From positions 23,172 through 87,171 of the forward strand of contig CAVYVA010000001.1 in assembly GCA_963771835.1 (NCBI GenBank): a DNA stretch of 64,000 nt. The letters run 5' to 3'. The translations under genes were made by a program, and so were the position numbers. Shown here piece by piece: positions 20,194 to 30,372 of this stretch (the stretch's first letter is position 1; every line of letters starts with the position of its first letter). The notes under the pieces were generated by a model that was not told the DNA's origin, ran no database searches, and was given only the letters and a program-made list of their open reading frames with translations. Source of the stretch: an uncultured Actinomycetota bacterium. Lineage in GTDB: Bacteria > Actinomycetota > Actinomycetes > Prado026.

Positions 20194-20754
20194 CTAGCCG
20201 CGGCGGGCGACGGCCGTCTCGAGGGCGGTCATCCGGTCCAGCAGCAGCTGGATGTCGCCCCGCGTCGCCGTCTGGGCGTCCTCGCGCAGGTCGACGAGCA
20301 GCGAGCCGGACGGCATCAGCTCCGCCCTCTCGACGTCGGCGATCGAGGTGGCGCCCTGGTCGCGCAAGGCCGCCTCGACGTCGCGCGGCCGCACCCCGAG
20401 GCGGCGCAGCACGTCGTGCTTGAGCGCGCCGTCCTCGGCGATCGTCGTCGGGTCGCCCTCGAAGATCCGCTCGGCCGTGTCGCTGCTGGCCCCCAGCCGG
20501 ACGAGCGCGCTGTTGACCGCGAACAGCATCGCGGCCCCGACCAGGCCGCCGGTCAGCGAGTTGTCCGGGCCGATGATCGCGTTCTGCACGACGTTGGACA
20601 GCAGCAGCACCATGACCAGGTCGAACGTCGTGAACTGGGCCAGGTCACGGCGGCCGATCAGACGCAGCGCGAGCGTGATGAACAGGTACACCGCGACGGT
20701 GCGGATCCCCTTCTCCATCACCGGGATCCCCATGACCCACATGTCGTTCCACAT
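20194..20754 (-). CDS. DUF421/YetF family membrane protein
   Basis: RLIGRRDLAQFTTFDLV, SNVVQNAI, EGDPT, ELMPSG. Confidence 0.88.
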   Translation of the reverse strand: MWNDMWVMGIPVMEKGIRTVAVYLFITLALRLIGRRDLAQFTTFDLVMVLLLSNVVQNAIIGPDNSLTGGLVGAAMLFAVNSALVRLGASSDTAERIFEGDPTTIAEDGALKHDVLRRLGVRPRDVEAALRDQGATSIADVERAELMPSGSLLVDLREDAQTATRGDIQLLLDRMTALETAVARRG

Positions 20755-20821
20755 CCGATGCCTCCGCCGCTCGTCGGGTCGCCCGGCCTGGTCGGGTCCG
20801 ACGATCCTCGCGCACGCGGGC

Positions 20822-21607
20822 TCAGACGAACGCGAAGCAGAGCAGAGCCGCAGTCGTGCCGACCTCGATCGTGGCGCCGAGGACGTCGCCGGTCACCCCG
20901 CCCAGCCGGCGGGTGCACCGCCGCACCAGCAGCGCTGCCACGGCCGCGGCGGCTGCGACGGCGACCGCGGACCGCAACGTCAGCCAGCCGCTGCGGTCGT
21001 CGTCGAGCCAGGACGTTCCCGCGCAGGCCACCGCGGTCAGCCCGGTCAGCACCGCGGCCGCGACGGTCGGGAAGGCGCCGGCGAACGGCAGGCCCAGACC
21101 GTCGGTGCGCGCGGCGGGCACGCCGGCCCGGCATCCCCACACGACCGCGGTCCGGCCCGCGGTGACGCCGACCAGCACGCCGAGCCAGCCGGTGCCGCGT
21201 CCGACGGACTCGGCGACGGCCCCGACCTGGACCAGCAGCACCAGCACCACGGTCACGACGCCGAACGGTCCGATGTCCGAGCGGCGCATCACCTCGAGCG
21301 CCTGGTCGGCCGGCCGCCCGGAGCCCAGGCCGTCGGCGGTGTCCGCCAGGCCGTCCAGGTGCAGTCCCCGGCTCAACAGGGCCGTACAGGCGATGGCGAG
21401 CACGGCCGCCAGCCAGGTCCCGGCGACGGAGTGGTGGGTGGCAACGCGGACGCCTTCGAGCACGGCGGCGGCGACCCCGCCGACCGCGGCGCCGACCACC
21501 GGCGTGAGCCACAGCGCGCCTCGGACGACGCCGCGGTCGACCCGCCGCGGCGGCGCGACCCGGACCGCGGTGAACGTACCGAGCGCCAGCCGGAGCGGAT
21601 CGCTCAC
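20822..21607 (-). CDS. cobS: Adenosylcobinamide-GDP ribazoletransferase (cobamide synthase)
   Basis: [32 protein letters not shown]. Confidence 0.95.
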   Translation of the reverse strand: MSDPLRLALGTFTAVRVAPPRRVDRGVVRGALWLTPVVGAAVGGVAAAVLEGVRVATHHSVAGTWLAAVLAIACTALLSRGLHLDGLADTADGLGSGRPADQALEVMRRSDIGPFGVVTVVLVLLVQVGAVAESVGRGTGWLGVLVGVTAGRTAVVWGCRAGVPAARTDGLGLPFAGAFPTVAAAVLTGLTAVACAGTSWLDDDRSGWLTLRSAVAVAAAAAVAALLVRRCTRRLGGVTGDVLGATIEVGTTAALLCFAFV

Positions 21608-22734
21608 CCGTCAGACCCGGCATCGGTCTCCCGGTCGGAGACGCCCGCCTCGTCGAAGGTCGACATCTCGGCCAGCGTGGCTGCCGCCGCCTTGAGCACC
21701 GGCAGCGCGACGAGCGCGCCGGTCCCCTCGCCCAGGCGCAGCCCGAAGTCGACGATCGGTTCCAGGTCGAGGCGGTCCAGCGCGCGCGTGTGCGCCGGTT
21801 CGGTGGAGCGGTGGCCGGCCAGCCACCACTGCCTGGACCGGTACCCGATCCGCTGCGCGACCAGGGCGGCGGCCCCGGAGACCACGCCGTCCAGCAGGAC
21901 CGGGGTGCGACGCACCGCAGCCTGGAACAGGAAGCCGGCCATGGCGGCGATGTCCGGTCCGGCCACCTCGGCGAGCAGGTCGACCATGTCCGCCTGCCGG
22001 GTGCGTCCTCTGCGGGCTGCGTCGCGCACCGCCGCGCACTTGACCATCCAGGCCCGGTCGTCGATGCCCGTGCCGCGACCGACCACGGTGGCGACCTCCG
22101 CGTCGGTGAGGACGGCGACCAGCGTCGCCGACGGCGTGGTGTTGCCGATGCCCATGTCCCCGGCGATCAGCAGGTCGGCGCCTGCGTCGACCTCCTCGTC
22201 CGCGATCGCGATCCCGGCGCGGACGGCCTGCTCGGACTCCTCCCGCGACATCGCCGGGCCGACCGCGATGTCGCCGGTCCCGCGCCGCACCTTGTACGCA
22301 CCCACCCCGGGCAGGTCGGACAGGTCGGCGTCCACGGACAGGTCCAGGACGCGTACGGACGCCCCGGTCAACCTGGCGAGCACGTTCACCGCGGCACCGC
22401 CCGCGACGAAGTTGCGCACCATCTGCGCGGTGACCTCGGGCGGGTAGGCCGAGACGCCGGACGCTGCCACGCCGTGGTCGCCGGCGAAGATGACGACCCG
22501 CGGGCGCTCGACAGGTCGCGGCGGGCACACGCCCTGCACGGCGGACAGCCAGACGGACAGCTCCTCGAGCCGCCCGAGCGCGCCGGTGGGCTTGGTGAGC
22601 CGCAGCTGCCTGGCCAGCGCCTGCGCGCGCACGTCGTCGTCGGGGATCGCCATCGACCGGCTGATGCGGTCGAGCTCGGCGGTCAGGCTCGGCGGCTCGA
22701 GCGCGTCGGTGTCGCTGCCGGTCGGGTCGCTCAC
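21604..22734 (-). CDS. cobT: Nicotinate-nucleotide-dimethylbenzimidazole phosphoribosyltransferase
   Basis: [36 protein letters not shown]. Confidence 0.96.
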   Translation of the reverse strand: MSDPTGSDTDALEPPSLTAELDRISRSMAIPDDDVRAQALARQLRLTKPTGALGRLEELSVWLSAVQGVCPPRPVERPRVVIFAGDHGVAASGVSAYPPEVTAQMVRNFVAGGAAVNVLARLTGASVRVLDLSVDADLSDLPGVGAYKVRRGTGDIAVGPAMSREESEQAVRAGIAIADEEVDAGADLLIAGDMGIGNTTPSATLVAVLTDAEVATVVGRGTGIDDRAWMVKCAAVRDAARRGRTRQADMVDLLAEVAGPDIAAMAGFLFQAAVRRTPVLLDGVVSGAAALVAQRIGYRSRQWWLAGHRSTEPAHTRALDRLDLEPIVDFGLRLGEGTGALVALPVLKAAAATLAEMSTFDEAGVSDRETDAGSDG

Positions 22735-24140
22735 GCGTACTCCCTCGGAGAGTGGTCCCGGTCGCCCGGGCGGGCTGCTCGCAGGTCCAGCGGCACGCCG
22801 GCGACGACCAGCGTGACGACGTCGCAGACGGCGGCGATCCGGGCGTTGAGCCGACCCAGCTCGTCGCGGAACCGGCGGCCGGACACGGTTCCGGGCACGA
22901 TCCCCGAGCCGACCTCGTTGCTGACGACCACGACCGTGGCTGTCGACGCCGCGAGGGCCTGGACGAGCCGGTCGCTGCGCCGCACCACCTCGGCGGCCGC
23001 GGCGTCGGACGCGGCTGCGGGAGCCCCGTCATCGGCCGCCCACACGCCGGCTTCGTCCATGACGCCGGCCAGCCACAACGACACGCAGTCCACCAGGACC
23101 GAGTCCGTGGCCGTCGCGTCGTCGAGCACCGCGGCCACGTCGAGCGTCTCGACGGTCCGCCACCCGGCCGGCCGCCGGGCACGGTGGTCGGCCACCCGGC
23201 GGACCCACTCGCCGTCGTCGGGTCGGGTGCCGCCGGTCGCGACGTACGTCACGTCGCGTTGCCCGGCCAGCAGCGACTCCGCGTGCACGGACTTCCCGGA
23301 GCGCGCGCCACCGAGCACCAGCGTGGAGGTCCCTCGGGCGGGTCGGCCGAGGACAGTGCCGTCCGGAACGACGCGGGCACCCACGGCGGCGAGCCGACGG
23401 GCCAGCTCGGCCGGGGCGGGGTCGTGATGCCCCAGGTGCACCGCGACGACGTCCGTCGACGCGACCACTGCACCGCAGGCGCGCAGTTCGGTCACCGCGG
23501 CGGCGAAGCTCGCGAGGTCCAGGTGCCGGGTGCCATGGTCGGTCCGGTCACCGAACGACTGCTCCAGCAGCACCACGTCGTACGCCCGGCCGGCCACCGC
23601 GTCCCGGGTCGAGGCAGGCAGCGGTCCGGTGTCGGTGGCGTACAGCACGGTCCCGCCGTCCGGCGCTGTCACGTCGTACAGGACTCCGGGGCCGGCGTGC
23701 TCGTCGCCGTGGTCCGCCTCGAGCACCGCGACGACGTAGCCGCCCAGCTCGAGCCGGTCGCCGGCACGCACCGCCCGTGGACGTACCGGGTCGTCCGGTC
23801 CGATCCAGTCGGCGAACACCGCGACCGCCTCCGGCGGCCCGACCAGGTCCAGCGGCTCGGTCCGGCCCGCCCACGCCCGCGCCAGCAGCGCCATCGGGCT
23901 CGCGTGGTCGGGGTGCGAGTGGGTGAGCAGCAGGTGCCGGACGTCCGCGAGCGAACGCCCGGCCCGGGTGGCGGCGTACGGCACCTCGGGTCCGCAGTCC
24001 AGCAGCAGCCGCCCGTCGACCAGCGCGGCGGTCTGCGCCCGTACGTCCCCGGTGGCCAGCGCGTCCGTGCACAGCCGGCACCGGCAGAAGGCGTTCGGCC
24101 GGCCGCCCGCACCCGCGGTGCCGAGCACGACGACCTCCAT
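22731..24140 (-). CDS. cobU: Fusion: PhnP-like metallo-beta-lactamase hydrolase + adenosylcobinamide kinase/guanylyltransferase (CobU/CobP)
   Basis: N-half: [34 protein letters not shown]-half: GGARSGKS P-loop, [23 protein letters not shown]. Single open frame. Confidence 0.9.
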   Translation of the reverse strand: MEVVVLGTAGAGGRPNAFCRCRLCTDALATGDVRAQTAALVDGRLLLDCGPEVPYAATRAGRSLADVRHLLLTHSHPDHASPMALLARAWAGRTEPLDLVGPPEAVAVFADWIGPDDPVRPRAVRAGDRLELGGYVVAVLEADHGDEHAGPGVLYDVTAPDGGTVLYATDTGPLPASTRDAVAGRAYDVVLLEQSFGDRTDHGTRHLDLASFAAAVTELRACGAVVASTDVVAVHLGHHDPAPAELARRLAAVGARVVPDGTVLGRPARGTSTLVLGGARSGKSVHAESLLAGQRDVTYVATGGTRPDDGEWVRRVADHRARRPAGWRTVETLDVAAVLDDATATDSVLVDCVSLWLAGVMDEAGVWAADDGAPAAASDAAAAEVVRRSDRLVQALAASTATVVVVSNEVGSGIVPGTVSGRRFRDELGRLNARIAAVCDVVTLVVAGVPLDLRAARPGDRDHSPREYA

Positions 24141-25015
24141 CAGCGTCCCACCGCCGCGGGGCCCGGCTCGAAACCGACCGGGACGTCGAAGGCGGCCCGC
24201 CTCGTGGCCCGGCGCAGGGCGCGCAGCACCGGCCCGCCGAAGGCCAGCACGAGGGCCGCGTTCCCGAGGCCGCGGATCAGGTCCCAGCCCAGCGACGTCG
24301 CCACCGAGTACGCCAGGAACCGGCTGAGGTTCTCCGCCAGCGGTGCGCCCGGCACGAAGGACAGCGACGACGACGTCCCGGTCTGGAACGGCCAGAACCA
24401 CAGGTTCATCAAGAACCCGAACGCGACGCCGCTGACGGCCCCGTACCCGGCCAGCATCACCAGCTCGCGTCGCCCGCGCGCCGGCGGCAGCAGCCCGCTG
24501 AAGAACCCGGTCCAGGCGGCGGCGAGCATCTGGAACGGCAGCCACGGGCCGACCCCTCCGGTCAGCAGGGCGGAGCTGAACATCGTGGTGGCGCCGAGCA
24601 CGAAGCCGAACCCGGGACCGAGCGCGCGCCCGCCCAGGATCAGCACCACGAACATCGGGTTGAAGCCGGTCACGCCGGCGCCGAAGGGACGCAGCGCGGT
24701 GCCCAGCGCGGCCAGGACGCCCAGCATCGCGACGGCCTTCGCGTCCACCCCGCCGGAGGAGATCTCGGCCAGCAGCACCAGGATCAGCAGCGGCAGCAGC
24801 GCGGCGAACAGCCACGGCGCGTCCGCATCGTGCCCGATGCCGGAGCCGGGATGGGCGAGCAGCGGCCAGCCGAACGCGGCGACGCCGACCAGGGAGACCA
24901 GGGCGAGCGCGAGTGCCGGACGCACGCCGATGCGCAGGGCATGCGTACGGCCTGCGGCGGGTCGTGGCGCGCCGGCGCCGGGGTGGCCCGTCGCACGGGT
25001 GACGGTGGTTGTCAT
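24140..25015 (-). CDS. ECF transporter S component (CbrT-like, predicted cobalamin-specific)
   Basis: DAKAVAMLGVL, GPGFGFVLG, GGVGPWLPFQM, TSLGWD; located in a B12-riboswitch operon. Confidence 0.88.
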   Translation of the reverse strand: MTTTVTRATGHPGAGAPRPAAGRTHALRIGVRPALALALVSLVGVAAFGWPLLAHPGSGIGHDADAPWLFAALLPLLILVLLAEISSGGVDAKAVAMLGVLAALGTALRPFGAGVTGFNPMFVVLILGGRALGPGFGFVLGATTMFSSALLTGGVGPWLPFQMLAAAWTGFFSGLLPPARGRRELVMLAGYGAVSGVAFGFLMNLWFWPFQTGTSSSLSFVPGAPLAENLSRFLAYSVATSLGWDLIRGLGNAALVLAFGGPVLRALRRATRRAAFDVPVGFEPGPAAVGR

Positions 25016-26634
25016 CCGGCGGCTCGCAGCGCCTCGGCGACCTCGGCGACGGTGAGCCACGGCCCCGGTGCCAGCACCTTCGCCACCTGCGGTGAGAACG
25101 CGGGGGACCCGACGACGACCTCGGCGGTCGGCCCGTCCGCGACCACCTCGCCGTCGGCGACGACGACGGTGCGGTCGGCGACGTCGGCGGCCAGCTCGAC
25201 GTCGTGGGTGGCGAGCACGACCGCGTGCCCGGCGGCGGCCAGCTCGCGCAGCGTCTGCACCAGCCGCGCCTTGGCCTCGTAGTCCAGCCCTCGGGTCGGT
25301 TCGTCCAGCAGCACCAGTGGCGGCGCGGCGACCAGCACGACGGCCAGGGCGAGCGCGAGCCGCTGCCCCTCGGACAGGTCGCGTGGGTGCCGCTGCGGGT
25401 CGACGCCCGGGCTCAGCCGCCCGAACAGCGCGAGCGTCGAGCCCGCGGCCGTGCCGGCGTCGCGGTCCGCCCCGGCGCACTCGGACACGACGCTCTCGGC
25501 GTACAGCAGGTCGCCGGCGTCCTGCGGGACCAGCCCGACCCGGCGCAGCAGCTGGGGCCCGGTCAGTCCGACCGGGTCCGCGGCCTGCGCGCCGGCCCCC
25601 AGCCGGACCCGGCCGGCCATCGGGGTGGCGGTGCCGACCAGCGCGGAGAGCATCGTCGTCTTGCCGGCGCCGTTGCGGCCCATCAGCGCGACCACCTGGC
25701 CGGCGGCGAGCGCGAGCGACAGACCGTGCAGCGCCACCACCGCGTCGTACCTGACGGTGACGTCCTCGAGCGTGGCGGCCGTCGCGCCGGCGGGCACGTC
25801 GCGACGCACCGGGCGGTGTCCGTCCAGCCGCGCCCGCAGCGGGCCGGCCGCCCGGCGGGCGTCGCGCACGGACAGCGGCAACGGGTCCCAGCCGGCGACC
25901 CGGCCCAGGTGCACCACCGGCGGTGCCACCGACGAGCCGGCCATCACCTCGGCCGGCATCCCCACCTCGGGGGGCGTGGCCGAGCCGGACAGCCGCACCA
26001 CGCGGTCGGCGTACTGCACGACGCGCTCGAGCCGGTGCTCGGCCAGCAGCACGGTCAGGCCGAGGTCGTGCACGAGCCGCTGGAGCGCGGCGAGCACCTC
26101 CTCGGCGGCACCGGGGTCCAGCGCCGACGTCGGCTCGTCCAGGACGAGCACCTGGGGGTGCGCGGTGAGCACCGAGCCGATCGCGACCCGCTGCCGCTGT
26201 CCGCCGGACAACGTCCGCAGCGGCCGCTCCCGAAGCTCCGCCAGGCCGAGCAGGTCGAGCGTCTCCTCGACGCGCCGGCGCATCACGGCGGGCGGCAGGC
26301 CCAGCGACTCCATCGCGTACGCCAGCTCCTCCTCGACCACGTCGGTGACGAAGCCGGCCGTCGGGTCCTGGTCCAGGAACCCGACCACGTCGGCCAGCTC
26401 GCGCGGGGGGTGGTCGCGGGTGTCCCGTCCGGCGACCACGACGCGACCGGTGAGGGTGCCGCCGGAGAAGTGCGGCACCAGCCCGTTGACGGTGCGCAGC
26501 AGGGTCGACTTGCCGGACCCGGTGCTGCCGACGACCAGGCACAGCTCGCCCTCGGGCACGACCAGGTCGACGCCCTGCAGCGCCGGGCGGTCGGCCCCGT
26601 CGTAGGTGACGGAGACGTCCTCGAACCGGATCAC
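25012..26634 (-). CDS. ECF transporter duplicated ATPase (A-A')
   Basis: Two Walker A (GSTGSGKS, GRNGAGKT), LSGGQ/LSEGQ, two LDEPT. Confidence 0.93.
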   Translation of the reverse strand: MIRFEDVSVTYDGADRPALQGVDLVVPEGELCLVVGSTGSGKSTLLRTVNGLVPHFSGGTLTGRVVVAGRDTRDHPPRELADVVGFLDQDPTAGFVTDVVEEELAYAMESLGLPPAVMRRRVEETLDLLGLAELRERPLRTLSGGQRQRVAIGSVLTAHPQVLVLDEPTSALDPGAAEEVLAALQRLVHDLGLTVLLAEHRLERVVQYADRVVRLSGSATPPEVGMPAEVMAGSSVAPPVVHLGRVAGWDPLPLSVRDARRAAGPLRARLDGHRPVRRDVPAGATAATLEDVTVRYDAVVALHGLSLALAAGQVVALMGRNGAGKTTMLSALVGTATPMAGRVRLGAGAQAADPVGLTGPQLLRRVGLVPQDAGDLLYAESVVSECAGADRDAGTAAGSTLALFGRLSPGVDPQRHPRDLSEGQRLALALAVVLVAAPPLVLLDEPTRGLDYEAKARLVQTLRELAAAGHAVVLATHDVELAADVADRTVVVADGEVVADGPTAEVVVGSPAFSPQVAKVLAPGPWLTVAEVAEALRAAG

Positions 26635-27794
26635 CGCCGGTCACCGCCCGCCGGCACGAGGGCGGCGGCATGGTCGCGGCGCGGCGCCGGGCGGGACGGG
26701 TCGCGGGGCCGGGGCGAGACCCACGCGGGCAGGATGCCGACCAGGATTCCCGCGGTCGGCAGCAGCGGCAGCGTCGGCCAGGCCGGCGGCGCGTACTGGC
26801 CGACGAGGCCCGCGACCCCGGCCGCGGCGGCGACGACGAGCGTGCCCGCCGCCACGACCCCGCAGCCGGCGACCAGCCACTCCGGCAGCGCCCACGGGTC
26901 CGGACGGTAGCGGCTGCGCCGGACCCGCCGTCCGGCGACCACGAACCCGGCGCCGGCCACCACCAGGCCGGCCAGCAGCAGCGGCACCCCGAGCACCGGC
27001 AGCCCCGCGACCTGCGGCGAGCCACCCTCGAGCAGCCCGAAGACCCCCGCGCAGACCCCCACGAGCCCGGCGAGGACCAGGGCCGAGGTCAGCCGGCGCG
27101 CGCCCGCGCCGACGCCTGCGTTGCGGCCGTAGCCGCGCGAGTCCATCGCCGCGGCCAGCGTGAGCGAGCGGTCCAGCGCACCTTCCAGGACGGGGACCGC
27201 CACCCCGCGCAGGCCACGCAGCCCCCGGTCCGGGCGGCCGCGCAGTCGGTGCGCCACCTTGACCCGGGTGACGTCCTCGACCATCTGCGGCGCCAGCGTC
27301 ATCGCGACGACCACGGCCACCCCGACCTCGTACAGAGCGGCGGGCACGCACCGCAGCAGCCGGGACGGGTTCGCGAGGGAGTTGGCCGCACCCACGCAGA
27401 TCAGCAGGGTGGCCAGCCGAAGCCCGTCGTACAACGCGCCGAGCAGGTCCTGGACGGTGAGGTCGCCGCCGATCCGGACGCCGCCGGCCCAGCCCGGCAC
27501 CGGCAGCTCGGGGATGTGCAGGATCACCGTCCCGGTGCCGGTCGCGCCGAAGACGACCTGGAAGGCGAGCCGCAGGGCGATCACGACCAGGCCCAGCCGC
27601 AGGAACGCCCCGTACGAGCGGGCCCACGGCGCCGCGGTCCGGCGGGCGGCCACGACATAGGCGGTCACGGCGACGATCAGCAGCAGCAGCAACGGGTTCG
27701 TGGTGCGGCTGGCCGCGGTGGCCAGCCCGAGCGCCCACAGCCACCAGGCCCCGGGGTGCAGCGGCCGGGGCAGGAACGCGGTGCGCAGGCTCAT
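26631..27794 (-). CDS. ECF transporter T component (CbiQ family)
   Basis: LHPGAWW start, AHRLRG and MDSRGYG X-R-X motifs, multiple TMs. Confidence 0.9.
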   Translation of the reverse strand: MSLRTAFLPRPLHPGAWWLWALGLATAASRTTNPLLLLLIVAVTAYVVAARRTAAPWARSYGAFLRLGLVVIALRLAFQVVFGATGTGTVILHIPELPVPGWAGGVRIGGDLTVQDLLGALYDGLRLATLLICVGAANSLANPSRLLRCVPAALYEVGVAVVVAMTLAPQMVEDVTRVKVAHRLRGRPDRGLRGLRGVAVPVLEGALDRSLTLAAAMDSRGYGRNAGVGAGARRLTSALVLAGLVGVCAGVFGLLEGGSPQVAGLPVLGVPLLLAGLVVAGAGFVVAGRRVRRSRYRPDPWALPEWLVAGCGVVAAGTLVVAAAAGVAGLVGQYAPPAWPTLPLLPTAGILVGILPAWVSPRPRDPSRPAPRRDHAAALVPAGGDRR

Positions 27795-28687
27795 GGCGCA
27801 CCGCGGCCGCGGGTCCCGCGCAGCGCCCGTACGGCTGCGGCCCCGCCGACGGCAAGGACGAGCGCCGCTCCGGCCCACGCTCCGACCGGCGGTCCGCCGC
27901 TCGTCCCGCCTCGGTCGGGTACTCCGCCGGCGCCGACAGCCACTGGCTGCGGGTCGCCCGACGACGACCCGGACCCCGTGCCGGTGCCGCCCGGCTCGGC
28001 GCTGCCCGGACCCGGGCTCGGCGTCGTCGAGCCGCCCACGGCTGCCGCGCCGCTGTGCGCCGGACCGGCGGACCCGCCCGTCGAGGGACGGCTGCCGGAC
28101 GCGGTGGGAGCCGGTGCGTGCGAGGTCGGCTTCGGCGTCGGTGGCGGGGTCGGCTTCGGCGAGGGCGGCTGCACGATGACGCCGCACTCACCGGACGGGT
28201 AGCCGTCGATGCCGCACACGAGACCGCTGTCGCTGCGCACCGACGCGTACTGCTGGAGCACGACGGCGGAGCTGCCGTTGTCGGCCACCTGCGCGCAGAA
28301 CGTGTCCACGCCGCGGGGCGGCTTCTGCCCGGGCGGAGCGTCGGCGCTCGTGCCGTAGTCGACGACCAGCCCGACCAGCTTCTGGCCCGACGGCGCGGCC
28401 GTGTGGTGCGCGCAGATCGACGCGTACGAGGCGGTCGCCCGCGGCTTCACCGACCCGGCCGTGCCGCTGACGGCGAACCGCCACCCGTCCACCGATCCCG
28501 CCGGCGGCCGGTAGGTCGCCCCGACCGGCGAGAACGTCCAGCCGCCGGTCGAGGTGCCGTGCCAGTAGGACCAGTAGCGGTACGCGGACGCCGAGGCCGG
28601 CCAGGCTGCGACGGCGGCCGGCGCGAGCGCCGCCGAGGTCGCGACGACCAGCGCCGCGGCCCGGGCGGACAGCCGGCGCCGCGTCAT
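27791..28687 (-). CDS. SCO2322-family secreted, membrane-anchored protein
   Basis: Signal peptide, YRYWSYW..VDGWRF, LVVDYG, LVCGIDGYP..EC, P/S/G linker, C-terminal TM with basic tail. Confidence 0.85.
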   Translation of the reverse strand: MTRRRLSARAAALVVATSAALAPAAVAAWPASASAYRYWSYWHGTSTGGWTFSPVGATYRPPAGSVDGWRFAVSGTAGSVKPRATASYASICAHHTAAPSGQKLVGLVVDYGTSADAPPGQKPPRGVDTFCAQVADNGSSAVVLQQYASVRSDSGLVCGIDGYPSGECGVIVQPPSPKPTPPPTPKPTSHAPAPTASGSRPSTGGSAGPAHSGAAAVGGSTTPSPGPGSAEPGGTGTGSGSSSGDPQPVAVGAGGVPDRGGTSGGPPVGAWAGAALVLAVGGAAAVRALRGTRGRGAP

Positions 28688-30213
28688 GCCTGCCGTGACC
28701 CCCGCCGGCCGAACAGCAGCAGGGCGATGCCGCACAGCAGCAGCAGCGACCCGACGAGTCCGGCGACGGCCGCCCTCGCGCCGGCGCCGGTGTCGGGCAG
28801 CGTGCTCCCGGGGTCGGTCCCCCCACCTGGCGCCGGCGCCACCGTGGACGTCGGCGACGCAGTCGGCGAGGTTGTCGGCGCGGCCAGCGTCACCGTCGCC
28901 GCCAGCCGGGTGGTCAGGTCGCTCCCGCCGAAAGCGGTCGGGTCCTGGCCGCCCGCGGTCGACGCCAGGATCAGCAGGGCCAGCGCCCCCGGCTGGTCGG
29001 CCCCGGACTTCACGACGAACGCGTCCACCTGCCCGGCCAGCGCGGTCAGGGCGCCGGCGACCTGGCTGGACCCGTGCCTGGTCGCGACCAGCGCGACCAC
29101 CGCGTTGGCGGTGCTGCCGAAGTCGGTCTGCCCGGGGTTGAACGGGTCGGGGATGACGTGCCCGTTCGCACCGAGCTCGCGTACCAGGTAGCCCGCGGCA
29201 GCGTCGGCCGCCTCGGCCGGAGTGAGGCCGGCCGTCGACAGCACGTGCACCGGGCCGGCGACCTTCGTGGCGACGGTCGGCGCCTTTGTGACGGTCGGCG
29301 CGACAGTCTTCGGCTGCGCCGGGCTCGCGGTCGGGCTCGCGGTCGCGGTCGGCGGCGTGGCGGCAGCGGTCGTCGCGGGGACGACGGCGACCTTCTTCGC
29401 CGGCGCCGCGGCCGGGCAGGTCAGCACCGGTGAGTCGTCGGCACCGGCCTGCGCTGCGACCGGCAGGAAACCGCCGCCGACGGCCAGCGTCGCCTGCACC
29501 GTCGCGTAGTCGTTCGGGGAGCCGAAGAACGTGAACGCCCCGCGGTCGCCGACCGCGCCCTCGCACCCGACCTGGAGTCCCTGCAGCGCGTCGTACGGGG
29601 TCGGCCCGGCTGCCCCGCCCGCGTGCGGAGCGCCACGCCCGAGCGCGAGGAAGGCGGACAGCCCGAGTGCGGTCGAGTTCGCGTCCGGGTCGTTGCCCAC
29701 CGCGCCGTCCGGGTAGTACGCCCAGCCGCCGTCCGCGCTCTGCTTCGCCGCCAGCCAGTCGACCGCCTTGCCGGCCCGGGTCCCCTGGCCGAGCGCGTGC
29801 AGCGCCTGGGCGGCGATCCCGGTCGAGTTGGTGTCCTCACCGCTGAACGAGGCCGAGTCCGGAACCTGGCAGGCCGCCGCGAGCGAGGCGCGGAACGCCT
29901 CGAACCCGCCGTCCGCGCACTGCTGCGCGAGCAGCCACGCGACCGCCGCCGGCGCCGGCGTCCGGCCTGCCGCGACCGTCGCGAGCAGGGCGAGCGACTG
30001 GCGGTAGGCGCCGTCGAAGGACGGGTCCTGGCCGCCGAACAGCCCGACCTTCGCGGGGTCGGTCGTGGTGGGCGGAACGCTCGACGCCGTCCGGCCGGAC
30101 GCCACGGCCGTGCCGGCGAGCGGCAGGACGAGCGCGAGTCCGGCCGCGACGAGGGGCAGGCCGAGGCGTGGGACGCGACGGCGGGCTGATGGGCGGTGCG
30201 CGGTGCTGGTCAC
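28684..30213 (-). CDS. Secreted prenyltransferase/squalene-oxidase-repeat (alpha/alpha barrel) protein with LPXTG anchor (SCO2321-like)
   Basis: WLLAQQCADGGF, WLAAKQSADGGW, DTNST/DANST repeats; LPDTG + TM + RRGSR; GAAGGA RBS before GTG. Confidence 0.85.
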   Translation of the reverse strand: MTSTAHRPSARRRVPRLGLPLVAAGLALVLPLAGTAVASGRTASSVPPTTTDPAKVGLFGGQDPSFDGAYRQSLALLATVAAGRTPAPAAVAWLLAQQCADGGFEAFRASLAAACQVPDSASFSGEDTNSTGIAAQALHALGQGTRAGKAVDWLAAKQSADGGWAYYPDGAVGNDPDANSTALGLSAFLALGRGAPHAGGAAGPTPYDALQGLQVGCEGAVGDRGAFTFFGSPNDYATVQATLAVGGGFLPVAAQAGADDSPVLTCPAAAPAKKVAVVPATTAAATPPTATASPTASPAQPKTVAPTVTKAPTVATKVAGPVHVLSTAGLTPAEAADAAAGYLVRELGANGHVIPDPFNPGQTDFGSTANAVVALVATRHGSSQVAGALTALAGQVDAFVVKSGADQPGALALLILASTAGGQDPTAFGGSDLTTRLAATVTLAAPTTSPTASPTSTVAPAPGGGTDPGSTLPDTGAGARAAVAGLVGSLLLLCGIALLLFGRRGSRQA

Positions 30214-30372
30214 GTGAGGTGTCCTTCGGGTGAGCGATCCGTCGACCGACGCCCGCGCACCCCCGGATGACGACGACGCCCCCGTCACCTGAACGGTGAC
30301 GAGGGGCGCGGGCGCGGGTCCGGTGGGACCCGGGCTCCGCCCCGCAGACCTCGGCGGAAACGTGGAGCCGCT

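Noticed and set aside
28684-30213. Terpene cyclase or prenyltransferase biosynthetic gene
   Set aside because: Secreted and LPXTG-anchored, no DXDD catalytic motif seen, and the context is B12 transport
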